A DNA stretch of 60,741 nt, filler included, from Sphacelaria rigidula (taxonomy: Eukaryota), in NCBI GenBank assembly GCA_964200075.2. It is 9 parts of 9 records of this genome, joined end to end, with 100 filler letters (N's around TTAATTAATTAA, not from the genome) between each part and the next. Parts side by side here need not be neighbours in the genome. Positions count along the whole stretch, not along the records: positions 47,322 to 53,981 come from CAXNAA020018775.1; positions 54,082 to 60,741 come from CAXNAA020018776.1; 7 more parts are not named here. The stretch is one strand, 5' to 3'. A model generated the notes under the pieces. That model saw nothing but the letters and a program-made list of their open reading frames with translations. It was not told the origin of the DNA and searched no databases. Both the position numbers and the translations under genes were made by a program. Shown here one piece after another: positions 48,862 to 60,741 of this stretch (the stretch's first letter is position 1; every line of letters begins with the position of its first letter).

Positions 48862-51800
48862 TGTAGTGCCCACGTAACTAGACAACTCGGGGTGATGCCA
48901 GGAAGAGCCCAATAGTAGGACGGTCCAACATCCCCCGAGGTACTGGTCGCCCCTGGCGACCACATCTCGTCTGACCCAACTTCTTGCCTACATATACAAG
49001 AGGAAATCATCGCCAGCCTCGGAGTTCCTTCGGCAGCAGGACGGCAGTCTCCCCCGTAGGTCTCCGACTACTCTAGCGATACGCATTCCTCACATTGGCA
49101 ACACTAGAACAGAACTCAGGCAAGACAGGCCTCAGAAATAAAAAATTGGAACGAGAACCGACTACTCCCCGACACCGGAAACACTAGGGTCCTCCAAGGA
49201 ACGCTACTCCAGGTGAAATGCATGGCTCATGTGCATAATGATTCGAGTTTAGAGGTTATTGGACTCATGTGTTTGGGTCAACGCGAAATTTGCCCCCCTC
49301 AATGTGCATTCGTATGTCACCCGCATGACTAATCAAGGAGCGAAGCGCGAAGTTAGACTCCTCAGGGTGCAGTGTATGTCATCTGTATGGCTAGTCAAAC
49401 AGCGAAAACGCGAAATAAGTCTCAGCAGCGTGCACTAAATGTCACCAGAATGGCTGATTAAACAGCGAATCCACACTGATCAACCAACCTTTCCCCACCA
49501 TAGTGCGAAAGGTACGGCAATTAATCAAGCAGGCCAACCTCTTGAAATGCGGTGACTCGAAATAGCACCAACAAACAAATTTACCCAACCTGCGAATGCA
49601 CGACCTTGTCATTCCCTACGATTTTGCAAACGAAACAAAGGGAGGTGTATTGCGAGTGTATTGGATGGTCTTACCGCATCCCAGCCCACAAGCTGAGAGG
49701 AGCTGAGAATACAGACAGTTCAAGATTCCACACCTCATCACGCATGAAATGGAGAAATGTGTCAACCGTCTGGAAAAGAAAAAACATATCGGAGAGGTGC
49801 GGGTTTCTTGGTCAGTACAGTAACTCACTCCTGCAGCGGGGCACCAAAACAGCCCTCAGTTGTGATGTGAAAGTACATACTAGGAGCAGGACCTGGAAAG
49901 AGCACGGTGAGAGTTGGTTCCTAAGCAGCCTTCAGAGCAGCTGAGGAAAAACCAATACACCACACGGAAGGCCATCATCGTCGAACAGGTAGCTCAACTT
50001 GTTGAGGCTCTCAACCATGCTATATTCTGCGCCGTACCCCTAATGAATCGGTAACGTTGCATCCTGCGCTGACACAAGTTCAACCAGGAAAAAACAACAA
50101 TGTTGTAAGCAGGGGCTGTTGATTCCAAATCGAAACACCAGTCTTCCTTTTTCGACCCGGTCTTGGACAATCACTGTCATGACTCATACGAAGTACAACG
50201 CATCATCGCTCGCCAGGTATACAGATGCGCACCTAGCGCTATCCTGTGCATCAGCCCGTGTGAGAGTCGCAGCCAGAGTAAACGGCACCCTCGCTGAAAA
50301 AATCACAATCGATTCCGCAGCAGATGTGCCGTGTATCCGCAAAAAGAAAGAAAAGCGTTTGTATCACTAATCTGGGGCCGCATTGTCCAGTACTAGACAA
50401 CTCCATTATGAGTGCTTTCAAAGCTATACTCTGTACTCGACTGGCAGATGGAAGAACGAACGTTCGGTGATTCCAATATAATGATCAAAGCATCGCATCG
50501 AAAACAACAGGGCTCACAAAATAGAATATACTGTTCCATAGTCGGTGTGAAAAGTTCTGACCCTGTTCCAGTTTCTCACAAAAAATGCAGTGTGCCACCA
50601 CAAAGGGAAACGACAGTACTAGTTGGAACGGAAAATACCCCCGTCAACAGCAACAGCAGCTGTCGTGGAGCCGCGCATAGTAACCGAGGAAGACACTCGA
50701 TCAGCTGATGTGCCTCAAGCATTCCCGCGCATCATTGTTGCAAAGACAGTATGCACGCGGTCGGCAACGAATAAGACGGCAATGGTACGCCAACCCGTCG
50801 AGCCGACATTTAAAGCTGCAACGCAATACGACTTTTGGGCTGTATCACCTCAACACAAGAGACGAACAGGCGGGAAAACTTCATGATGATGATAAGAGAC
50901 AAAAAACCGAGAACGCCGCAAATAGCTGAACCACATATCACCGTCAAATATCAGCTAAGAAGCTCGACCGTTTGAAGCCAGTGCAAAGTGACCAAGAGCT
51001 GTCAGTCAACCGGCCAGAATGTGCCAATGGGACATGTTCCGGTAGGACGGCCATACGAGAGAGTGTCGGCAGACCTAGTCGAATACAAAAACAGCTTTGA
51101 TGTCAAAAGCTGGAGTACTAGGTAGACAGGTACTGTCCATAATGGTCCACCTCACAGAGTATGCCTTTCTCATTCCGATATCAAGTCAACAGGCCACGTC
51201 GATAGCCAGAACGTTTATCACGAGAGTTTCACCATATTTGGCATCCGGGAAAGCCACGACACCTAAAGAATTTTCCAAAGAAACACGGGAAAACCTACGG
51301 TCAGGATTTGAAATTGCGGGTCAAGCTCTACGAGAAGGAGCGAACGAGCAACGAAACGAAAACAAATAAAAACCGTTTCCAGTGTTCAAGCCCGGTCAAA
51401 AGGTACTCTTGTACCCACCATACCAGGACTCAGATTGGCCGAACCCGAAACTCCAATTATCATGGAGAGGATCTTTCATGATAACCGAGAGACGATCGCC
51501 GGTTGTGTACATAATCGAGAGGGCGACGGCTTTGAAGAAACGTCAGTACATCTCGCTCATCTTGAGAAGTATCACCCGCGAGAAACAGCGCCAGCACCGG
51601 ACTTTGACAAGTTGAGCGAGTTGTCCCTAGGCAGACAGATACCTGTACCGGAGATGGACCAACCAGCCGGAACGCTACCGACAAAAGAACGCTACGCCGT
51701 CGAAAAAGTGGTAGGTCACGCGCCACGCCCAAGTCGGAGAAGTCGTCACAACCATACATAGCTGTTCAGACTCAAGGGCTACGGCCCAGCGGCTGACCTG

Positions 51801-52980
51801 ACCTACTGGACGGACGAAATACCGCAATGTAAACATCTCATCGATAAATACCGTCATGACAAGGGGTTAGCTGAGTTTTCACATCCGGACTCGAAATCCA
51901 AACCTACAGGGAAACTGAAACGGATGTGACTGTTCAACAGACTGTTCGAGCGTCCTAGCAAAACGCTCAAGGGTTGAGCAGTAGCCTGAGGTCAAAATTC
52001 GGAGATTAGTGAGAGTCAAAAGCAACGTTAGAACAATACAGACATGAACGGAAGAAGATCTGACATGTCAGCGGTGACGGGGGTGCGACTTCCCAAGAAA
52101 GATAACCTCTCAGCAATGGGGGTAGTTGCTGACAATCAGCAAAGGTCATTTTGACGATGTTTGGACAAAAAGCACAATGCTCACAGGCCGAAAACATCGT
52201 ATCCACCGCTTTGTTACTAAGACGAGGACGTTGTACTATTCCGGTGTCAGCGGAACCGAAGGCATCCCAGAACCCGGGCATGAAGAACCCAGGCGCCCGT
52301 GAACCGATCAGTGCCCCAGTACCCAGGCATGTAGAAACAGCAGATGCATCCAGCATCAAAGTGCAAAGGCATCTCGCGGACATAGGTCACAAATGACAGT
52401 TACATGACACAAAATTATGTGAAGCAACGATCATGTCGATGAGTCACCAAAGAGCACAATGCTCGTAAGATAAAGATCAGACCCACCGCTTTGTTACTAA
52501 CGCTAAGACTTTGCCCTACTCCAGTGTCAGTGGAACCGAAGGCATCCCAGAACCCGGGCAGAAATACCTCAAGCGCCCGAGGACCGGTCGATGTCCCAGT
52601 GCCTGGTCATGTATACCTAACTGATGCAGCCTGCATCACAGTGCAAAAGCATCCTATAAAAAATGTGTCACACATGATGCAGTCATTTGACACAAAATAG
52701 AAGAAGCAAGGGTCATTTGACGGTGTTTAGCCAAAAAAGCACAATGCTCACGAGTAATATATGTACATACCTCTTCTTCGCCTTGTTACTAACCCGAAAA
52801 CTTAACCCTACTCAGGTGTCCGCGGAACCGAAGGCATCCCAGAACCCAGGTAGGAATAATCCAGGCGCCCATGGACCGATCAGTGTCCCGGTGCCCAGTC
52901 ATGCATACCAGCAGATGCAACCAGCCCCCAAGTGCGAATACATCTGATGGAAACATGTCACATATGATAGCTACAGGACA
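48862..52980 (+). mobile_element. Chromodomain-bearing Gypsy remnant lacking RT/RNaseH
   Basis: PR ITIDSAADVPCI (~50300); IN RPYERVSADLVEY...HLTEYAFLIPI (~51050-51250); GPY/F-like FKPGQKV...KLQLSWRGSF; chromo-like YAVEKVVGH...RLKGYGP (~51690-51850). Candidate LTR 48862-49222 is weakly supported. Confidence 0.8.
52150..52980. repeat. Three ~280-290-bp tandem units downstream of the chromodomain
   Basis: GGAACCGAAGGCATCCCAGAACCC at about 52252, 52532 and 52823. Confidence 0.88.
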
Positions 52981-55023
52981 GAGAAAACCAAAATTAGAGG
53001 GTTTGGAATACAGGCACTGTTACTGACCACAGGTAGTTAAAATTTACTGGGAGTGTTTGCTCAATACCACAGATATGGGTGCGCCTGACCCCCCAAAACG
53101 AGCCAAAAAAGTGTCACCGACCAAAAGCACGAACAGACCGGAGATCTCGTTCATCCCCTGATTATGCACGCCGTAAAATCCCCCCAAGTACTCGTCATTT
53201 GAGTGGGGTTTCCACTTGACGATTTCCCATTTTCGTTGTCCCGGGCTACAAACCACGGCGTACCTAGGCTACTCACCAGCGTGTATGTGTCCAAGCTACA
53301 ATCTGGAAAGATTGTAGAACCAAAGGAGTTATGGTGATCGAGAAAATCGCAAAAAAAACATGTTTTTTTCACTTAATTTGTTATAAAACTCGAATCCCGA
53401 TGAGATAAAAAGAAGTGTTGACCGAGTTTTCAGCTACCGTCTTGGCGCAGATGATGCAAAAAAATTGCATCCCAATCGATGGCCTTGACGATGAGTAATT
53501 GGGGCAACCGTTTGGGCTACGGGCGCAATCGAGCACCTCCAACCCTCGCCGGTTCTCACGACATGCGAACACGTCACCCCTGTCCGACGGCCTCAGAATA
53601 GATTACACTCATGGATGACTCTTGATACTACAGATGGTTGATACATCACATGTGTGGAATGTTCGGCAGGTAGGTGTAGAATTGAACCTTTGACCTAACC
53701 CCTAGAGGCTTCCGCGTGTGCGGATATTTACCCCCACATCTATGCATCGCTTGTGATAGTGGCAAGAGTAGCGCTCGTTCTCCTGCACCCGGTGCCATCA
53801 CCACGCCACCGTCGATAGCGTAGCTTTGTATCTCATCTCACCTGGCGGCAAGTGTGGACAAACTCGGAACTGACGGAGAAAAGAAAGCCACAGAGAATGG
53901 TAGAGGCACAGCTCCCATGAAAAGATCCGGATTTCGGTGTTCACAATAATATCAAGATGGATCAACTTATCCTCCCCAATGNNNNNNNNNNNNNNNNNNN
54001 NNNNNNNNNNNNNNNNNNNNNNNNNTTAATTAATTAANNNNNNNNNNNNNNNNNNNNNNNNNNNNNNNNNNNNNNNNNNNNGGGGGGGGGGTCACACGTG
54101 GGTGGGTACGAACGACACATAAACATGTTAGCCAGTGTGTAACGTTCGAAGTTTTATCAAAAGGAAATATTTTAATGTCGTAGAAATGCTGCTACGGGTA
54201 GGATAGGGTACGAAGTACGTTACACTATAGGGTATCGATAGCCTGGGTAAGTTAGAGTTCCGGATATTTTTCGGCAGTCGGTAAGCCGGGGTACGCACTA
54301 CCGCGGGTACTAGGCCAGGTATTTCAGGGGGGCGGGTGTCCAACATACTCTAGTGTACTGAGTACATTATACAGTTCATACCCGGGTTACCCAAAGTACC
54401 CAGCAAATAGACTCAGTACTCCGGGTACTAGGCCGGGTATCTCGGGGAGCAGGTGCCCGAAGTACGTTGGGCTACTCCATATTTTTGGAAGCCGAAACCC
54501 TGGATATTCGGAGAACGTAGCCCCTGTACTCTTTCCATACCTTGAAATACTTCGTATTTTCGGCGGTCGATGCGTTACCAAGTGCCACTGCAAATTCTCT
54601 GAAAATAGAGGAGGACCCCAAGGGACGTACCCTACTCAGAGCACCATCGTTATGTAGGAAACCATGTATGAACAGCCGGGAAGTCCTACGAAGGCATGCT
54701 CAGCTGCTCATCTTGAAGGCATGAAGTAAAACACCGTGGAACCATTAACCATGTATTGTAAAATGAACCGACCGCTTCGAGGCGTGGGATATCTCATCAA
54801 GAACAGCACCGCACCTGAATTTTCATTGAGACTGAACTGGAGGGAGAGGGGGACTTCAAATCCAAAACTCTGAGCTACCAGACACAGTCAGGACTCAAAA
54901 ACTGAAGAGGACTCGAGCGCAGCTAATTCTGATTCTGACTTCCATGCCAAGGGCGTACCCTGTTTTGAGAATTTGATAAGAGTTTATCGCGAGTGAGAGA
55001 AGTAGAACAAATGCGACAATTAA

Positions 55024-56929
55024 CCCTTTCGGCACCCTCTCCTCCCGCCCCCGGACTAGAAGCCTCATTATTTCAAGTTCTGACAGAGAAGGAAAGATGA
55101 AAGCAGAAGAAATCGATTGCAACCATTTTTACCGAAGAAGACTAGAGAATACCCCAGAAGAATACGTCATGAATGCACCGAAAATGAAGCCCCGGAGCGG
55201 TCGGGTTGGTTTCGGCCAATAATAGCACGCAACGGGCGAAGTGTGCCCAATTGTATGCATCGACAGAACTCTCGCAAAACAGTACAAGCTCTCGTAATAA
55301 GTGATCCTCATCAGTGGGAAAAACGTCAAGTTGACTTCGATGCACGAATATGCCACATCGATATACTTAAAATCAGAGTAGCGCACGATTATACTTGAAA
55401 TTATACTGCTGCACTGTTTCGGTGGGCTGCATCATCAAGACTTGACGAGCGTAGGAAGCCAAACTATACGGCGACAATGACATGACCGAGCAAGTGTAAA
55501 TCTCGTCACCACGTGTGGAAGCGCTGGAGAGCGACCTATATGCAAATAAGTTTCAGCGGGAAGAGGTGGCTGAGAAGCACGGGAAGAACGCTGCCAGACG
55601 TTTCGCGGAAGAAGCTGCAAGAGCGGTTGGGGCAACACATTGCCCCCCGGCGCACATCGCCCCCCCCACTCGCCTACCGAACGTAAACATAGTAACCGCG
55701 GCGAGAGAAAACGCTGCAAGGCACGCAGGATCATGTAGGAGACACCAGGCGGACGTGATTGCAAGCGTCCAGACAGGCGATATACTAGCAAACGGTAGTC
55801 AGCCGACCCGGACATCCTTTCGCAACCAGCCTGACCGAACTACAACTACAGTCAGTGAACAACACACTTCACTCCTGTCCAGTATAACTGGGTAACGATG
55901 TTACGGTATTCCATGCACGAACACAGAAGGTGTGCAATATCATTGCATGAAACCCCAACGCCGCCCACAAGGACAGACGGTCCGAACGCGATAGCGCCAG
56001 CCGGAGCCACGAACCTCACGCAGCACAAAGTACGGCCGTGTAACGTTCAGGCATGATCAACACGCAGTCAAGAGGTGGCGTCGTGGAAACGTACAGCACG
56101 AAGCGCAGGATGAGATATGCCGGAAGATCGCACTCAGTATACCGTTGCCGAGTTTTTCCGGAGTGTTTTTGGGGTCCCAATTCTATACTGCAAACGTAGT
56201 AATTTACACCAACACAGGGTGGACCGGAAAAAAACCGGGAAGGAATGCACATGCTACAATGTGGTCATTTTCACGAGGTACGGAACGCAGGTGGGCCGTG
56301 GAAAGACAAAAAAAGGAGCTACCGTCATGAATTCTGCTTATCCCTCTGTCGATGACCTGCAGTGTACAGTTCACATGTATGTCGTAGGCGAAGGTGAAGA
56401 AGCGGTATATTTTATAGGCAGTTGATCTCGGTGGCTGAGAATTGCCCAGAACGTGCAAGGGAATATCAACAGCAGCTGCTCCTGCAGTCGGGGAGGCGTA
56501 CTGCACTGTACTTGTACTGTACTATACTGCTGTATGTATGCGCGCCGCAACGCTGATATATCCTTCGAAGAGAATTCGTCGCATGCAACAAAGAGGGAAA
56601 TGGCGGCCCACCCCGACCACAAGGGTGTGTGTGGCAAGGTGATGGGGACAATAATATCATTCAAAGCCACAAGTGGCGGGCGGCCTGCCGGTCGCCGTAT
56701 CCTGGTGGAAGCTCTCTACCGCGACCCATACTGCTTGCTACATCAGATGTACACTACCTAATGCGCACCCTGCACCCGAGTCAAGGTTGGATGAAACTTT
56801 CGGTCTTCTTCATAACCCTGCGGTTACATACGCTGATTATCAGCAACACGCCACTGTTTCGTGCAGACGCCAGACACGTCATTCCTGACCAGCCCCATTG
56901 GTCGTTCGGGAGGCCCGGTCCCAAAGAGG
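55024..56929. mobile_element. Non-autonomous piggyBac-like element
   Basis: TTAA|CCCTTTCGGCACC ... GGTCCCAAAGAGG|TTAA; right ~800 bp shared with the 13595-14638 element. Confidence 0.6.
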
Positions 56930-57620
56930 TTAAGATAACATTGTCGGATGAGTTGTAGAGTTGCCTCACACCAACCAACAGTCCATAGATGGAGGATGGA
57001 AAAGGATGGGATCGTCTGACAAGTATCTGTGTGCGCGAGGTAATTCCTGCACCTGCTGCACTTGCCTTCGGGGCACCTTGCAGCTGAGTTTCGGCAAATG
57101 GGCAAAATATTTTTTTTTGGATCAGGGAACTGGGGATGGCGGCCGAAACCTGAAAATCAGCAACACGCTGGGTATCTACTAAATCCAGACACACTACTTA
57201 ACCTAATTGGACAGCTTTTTCTGCCTGTCCCGTGCGTGGAGGTGTGCCCAACCATTGCAAGGGTCAGCGACGCCGATCGCCGTACATGATGAGAACATGC
57301 AGGTGAATAAGTGTGTTCGGATGAACTGCTCGCGCGTGGTACCCGGTATTGTTCATAATTCGTCACCATTATCTAACGGAATAAAGGCAGACATTTACCG
57401 TCTTAAAGCATAGACCACAGCAAATTCGTACCCCGTGGACCAAGGACCGTCCACGCAGCAATAACACTCTTCGTATATATGACATCAAGATTAGGGTGGC
57501 TCGCCCAAATCACATTATGAACTCTTACGAAGAGCCGGATGTATGTTCTACATTACGGACTGGTTGAGTGGGACGGGGTAGCGCTCCAGGCACGGGAATA
57601 ACAACAGCAAGAGGTATCAC

Positions 57621-57773
57621 CTGCCACAGCCTTCGCAGGTATCGCGCCTGACTCTCCTGTAGTGCAGCGACATCCTTGTACATTGTGCGCTTGTGTGACT
57701 CCCCTGTGTGCATCGATTCGTCGGACCACAGCTGTCGGAAGCCAGCTTCGAAGTGAATCCATACGCTCGCCAC
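57621..57773 (-). CDS. MTK: Methylthioribose kinase exon
   Basis: VASVWIHFEAGFRQLWSDE...QARYLRRLWQ; colinear with plant MTK helices; AG/GT, phase 0. Confidence 0.8.
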
Positions 57774-58744
57774 CTTTAGTGCAAATGGGGCGGGCGGGAA
57801 GGCGCACGCGCGGGGGGGGGGGGCGAGGGGGTTGTACTGATGACCTTGCACGCCGTTGTCACGTGACCTTTGACCTCGCATCCCTACAAAGTCGGGACGG
57901 AGCACGCCGGGTTCCGCCAGGCCAGAGCGGGGGGGAGAAGATCGTAGTCAATGGTGAATCGCGTGCTGGCTGTCGACATGATTGGTGTGAAGCTTTGCTG
58001 CATCACTCTGAGAAAACAAAGTGTAAAACAAAACGCCTCATCGTTGAAAAAGGTACGACGTCCGCTACAGCCGCCAGTGAGTAGCGCCCAGTTTTTCAGG
58101 TCTCCTTCACACCGACGCCTGCTTCTTGGATCTTTTTCCTAGTTGGGCAAGAACTTCCTGCAAGCGATCTTTGTCGCCGGCTAGCGATGGATATTGTTTC
58201 ATTTCCCCCTCCTTCAAACTTTTTGACAGTGTTGTTTGTAGCAAAGTGTGCAGAACTGCGCGTCGTTTATAAACCCCTCATCATACTGTCGAGAAAGTAA
58301 TTTCCATGCACTATGGCGAGGAGGCGCTTCACGTTCAATTACATCCGCCACTTTCTTACGGCCCGCTTCATTTCAGCGAGTCCACTTCTCTTGTTTGCGG
58401 TGATCGAGGTCGGATTCAACCGGACGACGCGCGTGCCCTGAAGTGGATAGACGCGTTTACCAGCGACCCCATGGTGGGAATGGCACTCCGTTCCCTACAG
58501 ACGCTCGTAGTAATCATCTCACGTCATAGGCATTCATTCTCCACATAAAAGGCATTCCGTTATACGGGGTTTTCCGATAACACGAAAAACCAGGAAAGAC
58601 GTTGAGTAGTGGTACCAGATCCTTCAGAGTGCATGCTAGGTACACCGAATTTGCAAGTACACAAGCGCATGTGCCTATATCTCATGATTGGAACGTCGAT
58701 GCTTTAGTCACGCCTTACGTGAATTCAACATCCCGTTAACATAC

Positions 58745-58882
58745 CTGTTCCAACAGCCAGTCACCGTATTCCTCTCCCTGGCCATTTCCCGGCACAGCAC
58801 AGAACGCCAACAACACGTTTCCAATCAGCGCACCTAGGTCAAACCCCATCGGACCATAGAAGGCGAATTCGGGATCGATGAC
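58745..58882 (-). CDS. MTK: Methylthioribose kinase exon (DPE motif)
   Basis: [27 protein letters not shown]...DWLLEQ; absent from the ORF track and translated by hand. Confidence 0.93.
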
Positions 58883-59237
58883 CTGTGCACATATGTATCA
58901 TTATCCGCGTTGCGATACAAGTATTGGAACCAGGGCGAGAACCTTTTCAGGAAAAGAGGGCATACAAGGCTATTTTCCGGTAACAAGCAGGACAGGAACA
59001 TACACTCGTAACCTTCGCCATCCATGGAAAAGACTACAGAATGAAAACTGACATGAGAGGAAGAAAACAATAAGGCGAAAGAAGAAGGAGGAGGCCAGGA
59101 CCGATTGCATCGGTGCAGTGTTCAAAGGGGAAAATGGACGACATGAGCAAAGCATGGTGTGTCAGCTGCGTGTGTAGGAACACCAGCGCCAGTAACGCCA
59201 ACGACCCCAACAACAACAACAACAACAAAGCAAGCAC

Positions 59238-59297
59238 CTGCGTAGATCCTTCCATGGCCATGACGGAGCCGGTGTGTAAGTCCGCGTGGATCAAAGC
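59238..59297 (-). CDS. MTK: Methylthioribose kinase exon (catalytic loop)
   Basis: ALIHADLHTGSVMAMEGSTQ, the MtnK HGDLHTGS motif. Confidence 0.92.
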
Positions 59298-59735
59298 CTG
59301 TCAAATACGACGCCGAACGGCACAGTACCCATTAACGCAGCAAGGACAGTCCGTGCCACATGCTTGACCGAACAAAAGTGGGTGCTCTCGGCAACGACAA
59401 ACACACAATGTTTCACCAGCTGCTGCATTTCACTTGACTCTGGCAGAATCTTTGCGGGAAAACGACGTGGATAAATGCTTTGACGGTGGTTTGCCCAGGA
59501 AATCGAACACAATCTGGCTGGGAATAAAAAATAATAATCAAAACAAACAAAAAGAAAGGAAGAAGAATCATACGAAGTGAAAAACGTATTACGACCAAGG
59601 CATCAAAAGTTCTTAAGTGGATATATAAGAAACAAAATGAAAATATACATTCAACACAACTGATTGGTTACCGCTTCTTCCCCGGTTGTCCGACGATAAT
59701 ATTCTCATTTTGGGGTCTGGGAATAATTTCCTCAC

Positions 59736-59882
59736 CTCGGCACTAGAGAGAAACTTGTCCTTCAGCCGAGAAGCACGCACTCTCAGTTCAACGTCGTTCC
59801 GCACAGCGGCAGCTGCATCGTCCAGCTCGGGAGTGGTCCACCGATTCATTTCCGACACCGTGTAGGGATCGGTAAACACCAC
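59736..59882 (-). CDS. MTK: Methylthioribose kinase exon
   Basis: VVFTDPYTVSEMNRWTTPELDDAAAAVRNDVELRVRASRLKDKFLSSAE; AG/GT, phase 0. Confidence 0.9.
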
Positions 59883-60741
59883 CTATTCGTAACGGCACAC
59901 GAAATCGCAAAACGATGCATACACGAGAAGATGCAGCCCCTCGTCAGATGAACGTCATGGGTGTTTCTTCTGTCTGCGGAAGGGCAGTTTCGACGAGTAT
60001 AACAAAACCACGTGGTATGCTCGAGATAGAGAGCAACGCCTGCCTCATGAAGAAACTCGCAACGAGTTTGTTTATTGTGCTAGTAGCCCCATTCGAGGTG
60101 AGTTTGCTCGGGTTATACTAACAAGGTGTGTTTGCCCCGGGATAATCCTGTTGATATTTTGATGGCGGATCTGCACCATGAGGCCAATATCAATAATAAA
60201 ATATGAAAAAGTTCGGCATATCCCAACGATATGTGACGGCAAACATCTGTGCCAGGAACGACAGTACGCCAGCACAACGCAGCACAACCATGGGTGCTCA
60301 CATCAGCGTTTAGCACACACCCTTGTGTATTTTTGCGGTAGCGAGGGTCGATAAGCACCACGGACTTTCTCGAAGCGAACACTACACGACACAACAAAAA
60401 ATCAGTCCCGCTGACAGCATATACAAAACTGCAGGGAGCATGCACGGGTCAACCCACCTGTTCCGTCCACACTTGATTGAATGAGCACAAGCAGACACGC
60501 AAACTGCTGCCAAGCTCTCACCTGACGGCACTGTCATCACGCTTCCTCCAAGAGACTTCCTTCAAGACTATATAAGCATTGAAATCCCTGCATGGTATCC
60601 TTGCGAATGCCATGACAACGGCGACTACTACTACTACAACTGCTACAACTACTACCTCCACCACTACCACAGGCACCGTAGGTAAGGTAGGTACCCGGTA
60701 CCGGTATTTGGGACATCTCGTACCCTACCGATACCGACCCA

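Noticed and set aside
54190..54590. GGGTAC-rich repeats as a transposon end
   Set aside because: A ~120-bp duplication is visible but no TIR or TSD could be defined
7853..59882. Functional cluster of the ATRR-like and MTK genes (methyl/sulfur metabolism)
   Set aside because: They lie on different unlinked segments
59880..59893. CACCTATTCGTAAC shared with 33952-33965 as a possible TIR
   Set aside because: It overlaps the MTK splice acceptor and has no partner end, so it is probably coincidence
60458..60590. Further upstream MTK exon ending TEQ|GT
   Set aside because: Upstream residues do not match the expected ELCxLTEQ context and no convincing acceptor was found

Overview
This is eukaryotic DNA (GT-AG spliced exons, long repeat-rich introns, about 50% GC). 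Gene style and repeat types suggest a brown alga or related stramenopile, which is inference only. The window is not one locus. It is nine unrelated pieces (1-6661, then eight of exactly 6660 bp) joined by 100-bp N/TTAATTAATTAA spacers. Exons of four host genes are recognisable: an NRPS-like adenylation domain resembling fungal ATRR glycine-betaine reductase, NSF, an RS/RD-rich putative splicing factor, and methylthioribose kinase. The rest is mostly transposon material: a decayed Copia with a MITE in its integrase, two Gypsy remnants, hAT-like and piggyBac-like non-autonomous elements, MITEs, tRNA-derived SINEs, inverted duplications and tandem repeats. I found no clear complete novel system. 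The best leads are the ATRR-like gene and an ~80-bp repeat anchored to G-runs (11 copies), whose G-run end faces the nearest exon wherever this can be tested. Coordinates were read by eye and may be off by a few bases.
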